A stretch of 64,000 bases of DNA, taken from Leucoraja erinacea. Taxonomy: Eukaryota. Each line of letters begins with the position of its first letter. Position 1 is the first letter of the stretch. The notes below the pieces were generated by a model, which saw nothing but the letters and a program-made list of their open reading frames with translations, made no database searches and was not told where the DNA came from. Below, one piece after another: positions 49,813-62,182 of the stretch. The position numbers and the translations under genes are program-made. Location: the NCBI RefSeq assembly GCF_028641065.1, contig NC_073404.1:31434001-31498000 (forward strand), in the 5' to 3' direction.

Positions 49813-51969
49813 TCAAGTTATAGATGCTAACTATTCTGTCCTCTGTTTAAGCAGAGGACAGAATACTAACATAGGACCGGAAAAACAAATCTCCAAAAGG
49901 AAGGACAACCAACTGTACAGAGATTTGTGCACATCGTGAAAGCTGACATTCTCACCAAGGGACGTTTACCTGAAATGTTGATTGTTTCTTTTCATAGATG
50001 CTCCCTGCATTGTTGAAAGCTTCTTATATTTTGTTTTTGAAAATCTGCTAGTCATATGACTTGTATTGCTTAATTTACCACATAATAAATGAATTTAGAT
50101 AGGATATATTGTCATGTTAAGGATCCATGGGGCAAAATTTATAGGAATTTGCAAACAAGACAAGCTCTTGAGCTATTAGCATAAATGAGTATAAAATGAC
50201 TACCATTTCTGGTTCCTTTTAAAAGGTGAAATAGCATAAAAATAGTTTAATGGAATTTTAGATCCCCAGGACTGCTGTTTGAGAGCACAGCTGCCCATGG
50301 TTGAAGAACCAAGTCAGAATTGGTCAGGTTTTACAGGAATGCCCACTTGTAGTTGTACAGAGACAAGACCAAGAAAAGATTTGAAAAAAAATGTTTAAAG
50401 GAAAAACCAAGGTCCTGTCCCGACAGTCAGTGCAAGCACAGGGTGATGGTCACACTGGAGCAAGTTACAACATAGTTTAGAAAGACCGTAAATCTATGGA
50501 TTAGAGTCTAGGAATTACATTTCAAGGAACACGGGAATGGATGGTTTCAGCTGAAAGACAGACTCAAACAGAATCAGGCGATGCTACGAAGGTAGAAATA
50601 CAATGTCTCAAAAATAATCCAAAGTTTAATGGTCAATGGTGACATGGAGGCTGTGAGGACTGGTTTTGCTTCAAGGAAAGGAATAGAATGAGTCGATAAA
50701 GACCAAAGCTTGCAGCAAGATACTGGCTCTGACCTTTCCAATATTTAGTTGTCTGGAGTAGCAGCAGGGATATTGGTTGAGGCAGACACAATAGTGATGT
50801 TAAAGACCCTTGGGTAGGGAATGGAAGGATACAGATTATGTATAGGCAGGTAAAGGTTGGAGTCTGGAAGAAGGGTCTCGACCCAAAACGTCACCCATTC
50901 CTCCTCTCCAGAGATGCTGCCTGACCCGCTGAGTTCCTCCAGCTTTTTTATCTTCAGATAAAAGTCGGTCTTGGCATCGTGTTCAGTGCAGACATCGTGG
51001 GCCAAAGAGTCTATTGCTGTTCTGTTCTATGGATTAATAAATCCAGACAGAAGTTGCAGTGATGCTGCAGCTAACCAGCAAAATGTAGATGCAAAACAGG
51101 AGGTGGATCAAGAACAGACCCCGGCGAGTTTGATGTATTCGTGAGGGATGAGTTTACGGAAAGCACAGGATTCACTAACAACGACTGCGAAGAATACAAT
51201 CACTTGTGTGCCCCCAATCAGTTGGAAAATGTGTGGAGGCACAGAAGATGGTGTTGACTATGTACAGTTAGGGGAAGACTACCTTCTCCACAAATAGTCA
51301 TCGTTAAAAGCTATTATGGTACAGCAAAGGCAGAAGTTTGAGAACTAAATATTTTTTTAAAAACTATTTAAGGGCTAAGACAAGTTCAACAATTTAACAT
51401 GTAGCAATAATGAAGTCGGGACAGTCGTTTGCTGGGACAGCTTTAGGATTTTTGTGATGACATCAGAACTGAAGAGGGAGGAAATTGGGTTGACTTCTGA
51501 CAAATTGACTTCTGTCCTCCCAAGTTTCCAGAACTTTATAGAAATGTGTACAAATTTCCTAGTTAAAATAAAAACATTAAAGTAAATGGCATTGGGTACA
51601 GTATCTTTGGAGAAAACAAGCTAAATCTGTATTAATGCACACCAATGATTTTTAATTATGCCAAGAATCTCCCAAAATTGTAGTGGCCCATGTCAGGCGA
51701 ACTGAATAAACCAGCAGTCAAATGTGTGCTTCATTTAGAAAAAAGTTTGCCAACTACAAACCCCAAACTAGAGGGAAAATTTCTGCCTGGAGCTCAAAAT
51801 AAAAATTAAAAATGATGGGTGTTTCACTGTAGTACCAAGCAGCAGCAGCTACACCATTGGAGCTGTACCTTTCAAGAAAGATGTTGAATAGAGAGAATTG
51901 GAACAAAGTAAATGTCATTCTATTACTTTTGAAGTGCCTCATCTAATATCAATCCATTAATGTCTCCAA

Positions 51970-52145
51970 AAACAGCCTGTCATTATTGCATGGCTACCAG
52001 ATGGAGCTTGTTATGCGCAATTTGGGTGCTGCATTTCCTAGATTCTGATTACATTCAATTAAGTACTTTGAAATATACTTAGCGCTTTGGGGGTCACCAG
52101 AGTTCACAGGAAGGTATTATATAAAAGTGCAAGTTTGGATTTTTC
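51970..52145 (+). mobile_element. Old DeuSINE-like relic (Deu domain plus tail)
   Basis: GTCATTATTGCATGGCT..GGAGCTTGTTATGCGCAATTTGGGTGCTGCATTTCCTA...AGCGCTTTGGG...TATATAAAAGTGCAAG resembles the AmnSINE1/SacSINE1 Deu core and 3' tail as recalled. Confidence 0.6.
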
Positions 52146-52579
52146 TTCCCCACAGGCTGTATGAAGTGGAATACTGGACCAATCTGTCTCACCAAGCAAC
52201 GTTAACTGCAATGCTACTGACGAACTTTAACACAGGCCTGCTCAAGGAATTAAGATTAATAGCCTGAAGCACAACAAAAGGTTATTGGATGAGCATGCTA
52301 TGTTAAATACCCACTTTTGAACTGCATTAAAGTTCCGATTAACTGATGTGCAGATATTTGTAACAGAAAGGCATTTTCTTTAATGATTTTCTATTGTTGG
52401 AAGCCAAGTGCTCCAATTAAATTTTGAAAGCGACCAAAATTGAACAACCATTTGATTAACAAAATGAAAGAGAAAAAAAAAGTAAAAATGGTCAGTAATA
52501 GGAAGTTTTTCTAAAAAGAAATTTGCTCAATGCATGCCGATTTGAGCTTCAGAAATCAAACAAGTCATGGCTATTTTGA

Positions 52580-54200
52580 GAGCTCGACGCATTTTGCCAG
52601 CCGCCTTCGTCTACGCTTAAGTAGGCCTTAGTATGACCTTTAAAACGGCGGGTTCAGCTCCATGAATGTTTCCTTCCAGCGCATTTTTAAGGTGAAAAAA
52701 TAAAGAGGGATGATTTTGGAGGGGAGGCTGGTCGCCGCCCTGGTACACGGGCAGGGGCCCACGTTGCAGAGCGAGGTGTGTGCCATACACTCCCCGCACC
52801 TGCCGACAAAAAAAAAAAAACCCTCACACACCGAAAACTTACTGAAAAAAAACCCAACCCGCCCGGGAGTGGGCGTTATGCAAGCTCCCTCCCGGTGGTT
52901 TGGAAGGAGGGTGGCGAGGGAATTAAAAATAAAAGAGAAAGTGAAGTGAAGCTGGCAAAAGGAGGGCCGTGGGTGTGGAGGGGGAAGGGGGGGGGGGGGG
53001 GGGGGGGGGGGGGGGAAGAGTAGCCACGTTGGTGGAGGGGAGAGAGGGGGAGAGGGGAGAGAGTTTAACACCGAATCCACCCCGGGGTCCAGCATGGAGG
53101 GAGAGGGAGAGGGCGAGGGGAAGGGAGGGGGAAGGGAGGAGAGAAGAGGGCGGACGGGGCCGGGGCCGGGCCCAGTGAGCGGGGCTCCCGCAACATGGCG
53201 GACAGGAAATAGCCCAGAGAACATTCCAGTCAGCCGGCATCATCGCGGCCTGGGCCCGGCCACCGAGGGACGGGAGACCGGGGACTGAGGGAGACACGCC
53301 GGGCCCAAGGTCACTCAGCCTTCCCTCCATCATTCCCTCACGGGCAGGGGCTTCACCTCTCACACGGGGGCGGGGGGGGGGGAGAAAAAAAAAACAGTAA
53401 AATAAAACCACTTCACACCGACAACAAGAAAGAGGGGAGGAGGACGGCCCAACCTGCTTTCTTCTTTTTCTTCGCTTTCTGGCCGTCTGAGACATCGCTG
53501 GCTTTGGTGGCTAGGTGTCCGCTGCCGCTGCTGCCGCCGCCGGGCTGCTGCCGCTGCTGCTGGGCGTCTCCATTGGCGAGCGGGGCGGGAGGCGCGGGCG
53601 GCGAGCGGCTGCACTTCTCGTCCATTGAAGGCGGCGGAGAGATGGCGGGGCCTGGGGGGGGGAGGGGGGAGGCACTGCGCACGCGCCGGGGAAGCGGGGG
53701 GGGGGGGGACCGGCACCACGCCTGCGCACTCACCGGCACGCCGGGCTGGCTGCCGGCACCGCACATGCGCTGTGCGTTGATGACCGGCGGCCTGCCGGCG
53801 TTGCACATGCGCGTCGCGTTCTCATGGCGCGGGCTGGCGGGCTGCCGGCGCGGCGCGTGCGCATCACGTGGATCCCCGCATGTCCGCCGGCATGGCCCAT
53901 GCGGACTGTGTCTGTTCGAGGCCAGGCAGTCGGGCTGCCGGCGCCGCCCATGCGCCGCGTGTCCAGTGACCAGGCCCCGAGCCCGGGCCGATCCCACGGG
54001 CGGCCCAGGCCCCCGTCCCCCGCGGCGCCGGGACTACCAGGACGATCAATGGCTGCGGCAGCCGAGGCCGAGCACAGAACTCCGTCTGCTTCTGTCAAGG
54101 TAGCGGGAGGCAGAGGGAGAGGATGAGGATGAGCTGGGCCAGGTCTGTGGGCAGGGGCATGGCCGGAATGTGAGGAGCTGGAGGCGGCCAGTGTCAGACA
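52580..54200. promoter_or_regulatory. CpG island / NUFIP2 promoter and first exon region
   Basis: Sharp rise in GC and CpG. NRF1-like GCGCA/CATGCGC motifs lie at ~53673, 53719, 53761, 53803, 53853 and 53948. There is an E-box CACGTG at ~53865 and YY1-like AGATGGCGG (53640-53648) and AACATGGCGG (53192-53201). Confidence 0.88.
53454..53625 (-). CDS. NUFIP2: NUFIP2 coding exon 1: MDEKCSRSPP...DGQKAKKKKKA(G)
   Basis: ATG at 53625 (MDEK vs human MEEK) and ends KKKKAG (human KKKTG). Donor CAG|GTTGGG; 172 nt gives phase 1, matching exon 2 (GFEELNG vs human GYGELNG). Confidence 0.85.
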
Positions 54201-54203
54201 AGG

Positions 54204-54532
54204 NNNNNNNNNNNNNNNNNNNNNNNNNNNNNNNNNNNNNNNNNNNNNNNNNNNNNNNNNNNNNNNNNNNNNNNNNNNNNNNNNNNNNNNNNNNNNNNNN
54301 NNNNNNNNNNNNNNNNNNNNNNNNNNNNNNNNNNNNNNNNNNNNNNNNNNNNNNNNNNNNNNNNNNNNNNNNNNNNNNNNNNNNNNNNNNNNNNNNNNNN
54401 NNNNNNNNNNNNNNNNNNNNNNNNNNNNNNNNNNNNNNNNNNNNNNNNNNNNNNNNNNNNNNNNNNNNNNNNNNNNNNNNNNNNNNNNNNNNNNNNNNNN
54501 NNNNNNNNNNNNNNNNNNNNNNNNNNNNNNNN
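54204..54532. other. Assembly gap/masked run
   Basis: N run. Confidence 0.97.
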
Positions 54533-54905
54533 GCTACAATAAACTAAATTGAAATGAAAGGGGGGGGGGGGCTGTGTGTCTGTGTGCCTGGGGTGGGGGG
54601 GGGGGGGACGAGGATCGGGGGGGCTGTGAAGTGTGGTGGTGGGTGGGTAGGCTGGGAGCCAGTGCTACAATAAACTAAATTGAAACTTGGGCCTGGGGTC
54701 TGTGATGGGGAGGGAGGACAGGAGCCTGTGAAGTGTGGTGGTGGGTGGGGGGCTGTGAGCCATGAGGTCTGTGAGGGGAGGGAGGGGGGGTGGAGATGGG
54801 GGGAGGGATGGGGGGGGTGTGTGATAGGAAGTGGGGGGGGGGGGGCTGTGAGCCTATGATGGGGTGGGGATGGATGGAGGACAGAGTTTGTGATGGGGTG
54901 TGGAG
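54533..54905 (+). repeat. G-rich low-complexity/duplicated segment
   Basis: GCTACAATAAACTAAATTGAAA at 54533 and 54664, CTGTGAAGTGTGGTGGTGGGTGGG twice, and long G runs. Confidence 0.7.
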
Positions 54906-55399
54906 GCACACACTGGCTAAGCTGTGAACATTTGGATTGGAACGTCCCAGTCGTGTCTGCTCAACCACAAGGGCCACGAGAACACAATGCCAGTCATTCC
55001 ACACGGCTCTGACCTGCGCCAGCAGTGGTTTCATTGCATCAGGCACGTTGCAGACTTCAGGACTTGATATTGGATCCTAATGTGTCAGGTAACACACGTT
55101 AATGTGTCTGAAGAAGGGTCACGACCCAAAACGTCACCTATTCCTTTTCTCCAGAGAAGCTGCCCGACCCACTGAGTTACTCCAGCTTTGTGTCTATCTT
55201 TACTGTGGACAGCTTGATTGTATTCATGTACAGTGTTCTCTTTGACTGGATAGCACGTAAACAAAGCTTTTCACCTTACACATGCCAAAATAATAAACTA
55301 AACTCGATTTTTTCATCTGTGATTGCTGTCCAAGCAGGCACCAAACTCAGGAACAGCTTCCCTACTGTTATCAGACTTCTGAACAGTGTTCGCGTCATA

Positions 55400-56040
55400 G
55401 GAGCAGAACTCCACTGTTTAATCATTGCTGATATCTTTATCCCTCAATCCCATTCTCCTGCTTTCTCCCCATAACCTTTGACAACCATACTAATCAAGAA
55501 ACTGTCACTCTCCACCCTAATAGCTGTCTGTGGCATTGAATTCCACATATTCACCACCCTCCGATTAAAGGAACGACCTTCAATTCTGAGACTATGACCG
55601 CTGGTCCTGGACTCTCCCACTAGTGGAAACATCTTCTCCACATCCACACCATCCAGGCCTTTCACTATTCGGCAAGTTTCAATGAGGTCCCCCCCTCATC
55701 CCTCCAAACTCCAGCGAGTACAGGCTCAGAGCAGTCAAAGACTCATCATATGTTAACCCAATCATCTCTGGGATCATTCTCACAAACCTCCTCTGGACCC
55801 TCTCCAATGCCAGCACATCCTTCCGCAGATATGGGACCCAAAACTGCTTACAATACTCCAAATGTAGTCTGACCTGTGCCTTACATCCTGTTTTTATATT
55901 ATAGTCCTCTTGAAATAAATGCTAACATTGCATTTGCCTTCCTTACTACTAATTCAACTTGCAAATTAACCTTTTGGGAATCCTGCATCAGCACTTCCAA
56001 ACCCCTTTGCAATTCCAGTTTCTGAACCCTCTCCCCATTT
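55400..56040 (-). mobile_element. CR1 3' fragment
   Basis: ORFs read EYCKQFWVPYLRKDVLALERVQRRF and KGLDGVDVEKMFPLVGESRTSGHSLRI. Confidence 0.88.
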
Positions 56041-57729
56041 AGGGCTTTTATCCCCTACCTCACCACAGATATTGGCCTCTGTGGAACTGTTACACGATAA
56101 TGCCAAGGACTATTTTGCACGCTGGTACCTTTCTCTTCACTCTAGCTTTTGTACTTGTTTTGCTCGATTGTGTAGTATTGCCAGATTTGATAGCATACAA
56201 ATAAAAGCTTTTCAGTGTACCTCAGGACTCTCAACAACAATAAACACTGTATACAGTATGTATTGTTATAAATTAATTTGATTGAAAACTGAAATGACAT
56301 GAATTTAAATGAAAAATATTTGGAAATGTGCTTATATTCGAGTGGTTTTTGAGCGACCTCCATTGACCTTGATTGTAATCATGTATAGTCTTCCCAGACT
56401 GGCTAGCACGCAAAAGCTTCTCACTGTATCTCAGTGCACGCGACAATAAATCAAACTAAAAACGAGGCATTATGAAGTGTTAGAAAGAAATACAATGGAA
56501 CAACAATATTCTAAACAAAGAACTTATCACCAACCTTCCAATCACCACGTGGTTAGAACGGCCTACAATATATAAACAATCCTCAGTGGACTAAGATGGG
56601 GCCATCTTTTATGTCTTTGGATAACAAATAGCATTGTAGTTGTTACTGCAGCAAGTCAAGAGATCAGACAGAGACTGATCTGTGAGATCAACATTCATAC
56701 CACCACATCAAGATACATATCATGAATCAAGATTTTAAAAGCAGAGTCTGACGGCCACGTCATAGACTGGAACATGTGAGAGACTAATAATAATGTTGAC
56801 AACTGGATAAAGTCTCCATTTTAACTGAAGACAGATCCACGTTATGTTTTATTGCAGGATAAGTTACAAAAATGCAATATGCAAAATACAGTAAAGGATT
56901 TTGATCTTGCTCAGTACCTTTCAATGTTCAGGACCCAAGAGAATGCAATTCAAAATTGTTTCAATATAAAGCACTTAGGAACATCTGGAGATTATGAAGG
57001 ACACTAAAAAAAGACAAGCTCTTTCAAACATTCATTTTAACACCCAAATAATAAAATAGGGAACATTACGTAAAGCCATTTGCCATTATCACAGAAGTAA
57101 TTTACAACCAGTGTTGTTCTTTCACCCAGTCAAACGATTGAATTCCAATATTACAAACAGAAGAAAATTCAGACATATTCCAATTGAAGAGCAAAATGAT
57201 TTACAGAAACGCACGAGATGCTAACTGCAGCTGTGGGAGAAATTCTATTACCGTAATTGTGGTACCTCTAATTGTTGTGATAGTCTGAATATTTTTGCAT
57301 AGCTCAATTGATCTTAACTGATAAAATTTAATTTTTTTTTTGCTTGATGAAAAATTACAAAGGGATCTACCACGGGATTCAAAAGATATTTAATAAAAAC
57401 TGCACCAGATATGTGACAGAATATGAAGCATATAAGAGCTGATTGACAGTTATGAAGTCTGAAGAAAGGTCCCGACCCAAAACTTTGTGTCTATCTTCAC
57501 AAAGCTAACTAAACCTAATTACACTGCCAAGCCTTAAAAAATAAAATGTACACTGTAGGTTACATTAGATGAGCGTTAACACCACAAATAGATTAGGAGA
57601 TGGGAAGCTATTTTAATGGGAGACCACTGACAACTAAAACTGCTTAGATTGAGAGCTGGTAAATAAAGTAACAAGCTGTATTCTTGACCCATTGATTAAA
57701 ACCCTCAGTAGAATAAGGATCACAAGTTT

Positions 57730-58110
57730 AATAACTCAGTGGGTCAGGCAGCTACTCTAGAGATGGTTAGGTGAGGTTTTGGGTCAGGGCCCTTCTTCAG
57801 ACCGATTGTAGTGGGGGTGAGAAAGCTGGAAGGGGGGGGGGGGGGGGGGGTTGTGGGTTAGTTACCCAAATGGGACAATTCCTCATTCATACTCTGAATA
57901 CAAGGAACTGCAGAAGCTAGTTTATAAAAAAAATAGACAAAGTGCTGGAGCAACTCAGTTGTGTTACTCCAGCACTTTGTGTCTTTCCCAGTTCATGCCA
58001 TTGGGTTGTTAACTACCCAAGTGGAATACGAGGTGCTGTTCCTCCAGTCTGCATGTAGCCTCACTCTGCCAATGGAAGAGGCCTATGACAGAAAGGTCAG
58101 TATGGGAAGA
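57730..58110 (-). mobile_element. Penelope-like 3' fragments
   Basis: The reverse complement of 57990-58110 matches the GIY-YIG C-terminus, with terminal-repeat pieces nearby. Confidence 0.65.
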
Positions 58111-59773
58111 AGTTAAAATTAAAAAGAAAAGTAGTGCTTATTACTAAAAGTCAGCACTCCTCGTAATCTGAAATATGTTAATAATCCTGATGGCCAGGGC
58201 ACTCTCACAAAAGCACAATATCACTAACCTGCCAATAGAAAGTGTTCAAAAGGTGGAGAGACAACTTTAAGAAAAAGTTAATTTGTTGAATTATGGGAAT
58301 AAAGCAAAATAAACTGAAATGGAAATTTTATTGGAACGTTAGTGAAAGCATTGAAGATGTTTAAACAGACGATACAAAGCAAGCTGGATAAATAGACTCA
58401 GATTCAAGAGGAAAAAAAAAGTTAAATCCAGTGGGGAGATAATAAAAAAGAGCCCATGGACTGTTCTAGACAAAAGAGTGAATAGTAATGATAAATGATA
58501 TAAATGGACTTGAAATTGAAATTAATACCCAACTAAAAAGTGAGTATCCAAGTATTCATGTTTATAAAGACATCCATATTTCAAAACAATTGTATTTTAG
58601 GTAAAATCACTATTATCTTTGGATTGGTCCAATACGACTAATAAGGCTCAGAACAGGAAAATCACTGTTTAAGTACATTTAAAAAATGGATGAGGGGAAG
58701 GCTTGTGGTAGCGGAGGCAATGAGGCAATACAAAATACAGAGACACAGCATCTGGAGGGAACATGCATATACAATATTTCAGGTCAGGAAATAGACACAA
58801 AATTCAAGAGTAATCCAAGACAGACAAAAAGCTGGAGTAACTCAGCGGGACAGGCAGCGTCTCTGGAGAGAAGCAACGGGTGACGTTTCGGGTAGAGACC
58901 CTTCTGAAGAAGAGCTTTCTGCAGTTCCTTCCTACATATGCTAGAGTAATCTAGCGGGTCAGGCAGAATCTCTGGAGAAAAGGAATATGTTGGAACCCTT
59001 CAGATCTATAACGTTGCCTATTCCTTTCCTCCAGAGATGCTGCCTGATCCACTTAGTTTCTCCAGCATTTTGTGGTCTATATTCAGTAGAAACCAGCATC
59101 CATCCGCCTTTCTTTCCTACACATTCACATTTACCTTCTTCAGAATGTATGGCCACCCAGACCAAACAATGTTCTTCTCAACCATAGTTTGGTTAACAGC
59201 TTTTAGGTCATAAGGGATAGGAGCAGAATTAGGCCATTCAATCATGGCCGATCTATCTCTCCCTCCTAACCCCATTCTCCTGCCTTCTCCCCATAACCTC
59301 CAACACCCGCACTAATCAAGAATTATCTATCTCTGCCTTAAATATATCCACTGAGAACGTTCCAATTTCAGAGAACAATGTCCTCATTTAACCCCCACCA
59401 GGAACTGACAATCCTGCGATTAATCTCAACGGAACTAAAAGAAAGTGAGTCACACTAAGCAATGATTAATTATTAATAGTACTAAAATCAGTAAAAGCTA
59501 GCTTTTACCCCAGAAACATATAATAAGCTAGGTAGGCTAAGGGTAGAATTTGTTAATGTAGTATGCTTTAGAGTTTTCTACTTTGAGCAAAGGGACGAGT
59601 ACATTTTGTAACTTTGTCAGTGTCTTTATGACGACTCTTGTGTGTATAAAACATAATTTCACTGCACCTAGCTAGGTACAAGTGACAATAAGGTATCATC
59701 AATTACATTTTCCAGTCAAGATATTTTGCTCTCTCAAGATAAATGCAACATAATAAAGCGGCAACCGGTGCCT

Positions 59774-59985
59774 GTGTAACTCACCTGCACACTGCAGCAC
59801 CAGGAGTCAGGGTGTAACTCACCTGTACACTGCAGCACCAGGAGTCAGTGTGTAACTCACCTGCACACACACCAGGAGTCAGTGTGTAACTCACCTGCAC
59901 ACTGTAGCACCAGGAGTCAGGGTGTAACTGACCTGCACATTGTAGCACTAGGAGTCAGGGTGCTTCACCAGGAGTCAGGGTGTAG
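59774..59985. repeat. 38-bp minisatellite, about 5 units
   Basis: Unit GTGTAACTCACCTGCACACTGCAGCACCAGGAGTCAG[G/T]. Confidence 0.92.
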
Positions 59986-60681
59986 CACAAGGCAGATATA
60001 TAAGATCTCTGATTGGGTGTTTCTCTCAAGCTCTCCACCCCCACAGTAATTGGTCCAATTAGTTGAAATGATCCCCAGCTCTGGTCTAATTAGTTGAAGC
60101 TGATGATCACCAAATGACCAAAGGATGATTTTATTTGGTTAACTATTCAAACCTGCATTAGAAGTTGAAGCACTCATGGTTGATGTTAACTCAAAAACAA
60201 CTGTGACTCATTGCTGATACATTTGAACAGATAGAGTTGTGTTTCCTTTTAAAGAGCAGTCAGCCCTGCTGTGGTATTATGGGCCTGTGTGTGTGTGTAA
60301 GAGAGGAATTCTAGGCCTTGCGGTTGTAAAAGCTAACTACAATAATTGTGTCTGATGAAGGGTAATGAAAAAGATGCATTCCAGGGAAGTCTGAAGAAGG
60401 GTCCTGAGCCGAAACGTCACCTATTTCTTTTCTCCAGTGATGCTGCCTGACCTGCTGAGTTGCTCCAGCATGTTTGTGTCTATCTTCGGTGTAAACCAGC
60501 ATCTGCAGTTCCTTCTTACACACTTCTTATACAATCATTGTGTATTTTCTTCACTCACAGAGGAAAAGATAACATCTTAAAGTCTCTTGAAATAAAATAT
60601 TAAAGGAAAAAAAGGGAAAGATCATAAAACAGCCAGTTGGTGAATAAATGCAAAGTATCCGGTCAATAAATGCAGGGTGTG

Positions 60682-60932
60682 NNNNNNNNNNNNNNNNNNN
60701 NNNNNNNNNNNNNNNNNNNNNNNNNNNNNNNNNNNNNNNNNNNNNNNNNNNNNNNNNNNNNNNNNNNNNNNNNNNNNNNNNNNNNNNNNNNNNNNNNNNN
60801 NNNNNNNNNNNNNNNNNNNNNNNNNNNNNNNNNNNNNNNNNNNNNNNNNNNNNNNNNNNNNNNNNNNNNNNNNNNNNNNNNNNNNNNNNNNNNNNNNNNN
60901 NNNNNNNNNNNNNNNNNNNNNNNNNNNNNNNN
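60682..60932. other. Assembly gap/masked run
   Basis: N run. Confidence 0.97.
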
Positions 60933-61155
60933 TGCTCTCTCATGCTCTCTGTGTGGAGTTTGCATGCTCTCCCTGTGACCGCGATTCCTTGCACATCCCA
61001 CAGACATGTGGGTTTGTAGGTTAATCTTCCCTCTGTACATCGCCCCCTAGTGGATAGCGAGTGGGACAACATTGAGCTCGTGTAAACGGGTGATTGATGG
61101 TCAGCATGGAATCGGTGGGTCGAAGGGCCTGTTTCCATGCTGTATCTCTAAACTA

Positions 61156-61462
61156 AGGTGGCACCGTGGCATAGCGGATGAGTTACTGCCTCACAGTGCC
61201 AGACCCAGGTTCGATCATGACTACAGGTGCTGTCTGTACGGAGTTTGTACATCCACCTCCATGACCACGTAGGTTTTCACCAAGATCTTCGGTTTCTTCC
61301 CACACTCCAAAGAAGTACAAGTTTGTATGTTAATTGGCTTGGTATAAATGTGAAACTGTCCTAGTGTGGGGATAATGTTAATGTGCGGGGATCGTTGGTC
61401 GGTGTGGACCTGCTGAATCAAAGGGCCTGTTTCCATGGCGTATCTCTAAACTAAACCAAACT
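61156..61462 (+). mobile_element. V-SINE copy (preceded by another partial copy at ~60945-61155)
   Basis: GGTTCGATC B box, body and CTAAACTAAAC tail. Confidence 0.82.
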
Positions 61463-62182
61463 ATTGTAAACACAGTGATGTAATAGGGGTTGCAGTATCA
61501 TCATCATGTGGATACTTGGCATCTGAAGAAAGATAGAAAATCCACAACTAATTGCATGAATAAATGCTGGAATCATCAAAACAAAATGCCTGACTGGGAA
61601 TACACTTGATGCCAATCAACCCATGACGTTCAATGTGTTGTCGGCATGTTGTGCTTGCTGGGAACTTTCAGTATAAATTGAGGCATTCAAGTCAGACCTT
61701 CAGCGAGGATGTTTACAGATGATGCATCTGAAGTGGGGGAACTTTCAATTAAAAGTTTCAATGAAACAAGCACAGGACTGCTGACGATACTGCAGTTGTC
61801 CATGCTTTATCAATTTTTCATGAATTAAAATGGAAAACAATAACAAGCATGCATTAATATTTATGTATATTTCTAAAGGCGCACAGCGCACATGATAATA
61901 ACACACTGGCAATATCAAAAGCTGAAAAGGCACGCCTGTTCACAAAGTAATTATTTGTTCAGTAAGAAGCAATTCTGAAAAGCGTAGACACAAGGAACTG
62001 CAGATGCTGGAATCTTGAGCTAAATAAAAGTGCTGGACTAACTCAGCGGGTCAGGCAGCATCTGTGGAGAGAAATGGATAGCTGAATATAGATCTGATTT
62101 ATTTTGTTGCAAGTGCTGGGACAACCCTCTCATTACAGGAAGCAGCTCAAGGAGTTTCTTCTGAACTGTGTCCAATGACAGC

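Noticed and set aside
52617-54126. Numerous Pro/Gly/Arg-rich ORFs in the CpG island
   Set aside because: They are expected from stop-codon scarcity in GC-rich DNA. Only the MDEK...KKKAG segment has homology and splice support.
56858-57007. 49-codon frame after TTTTATTGCAG as exon 2 of a divergent gene
   Set aside because: The peptide is unrecognisable and its 3' half overlaps a degenerate SINE/L2-type tail.
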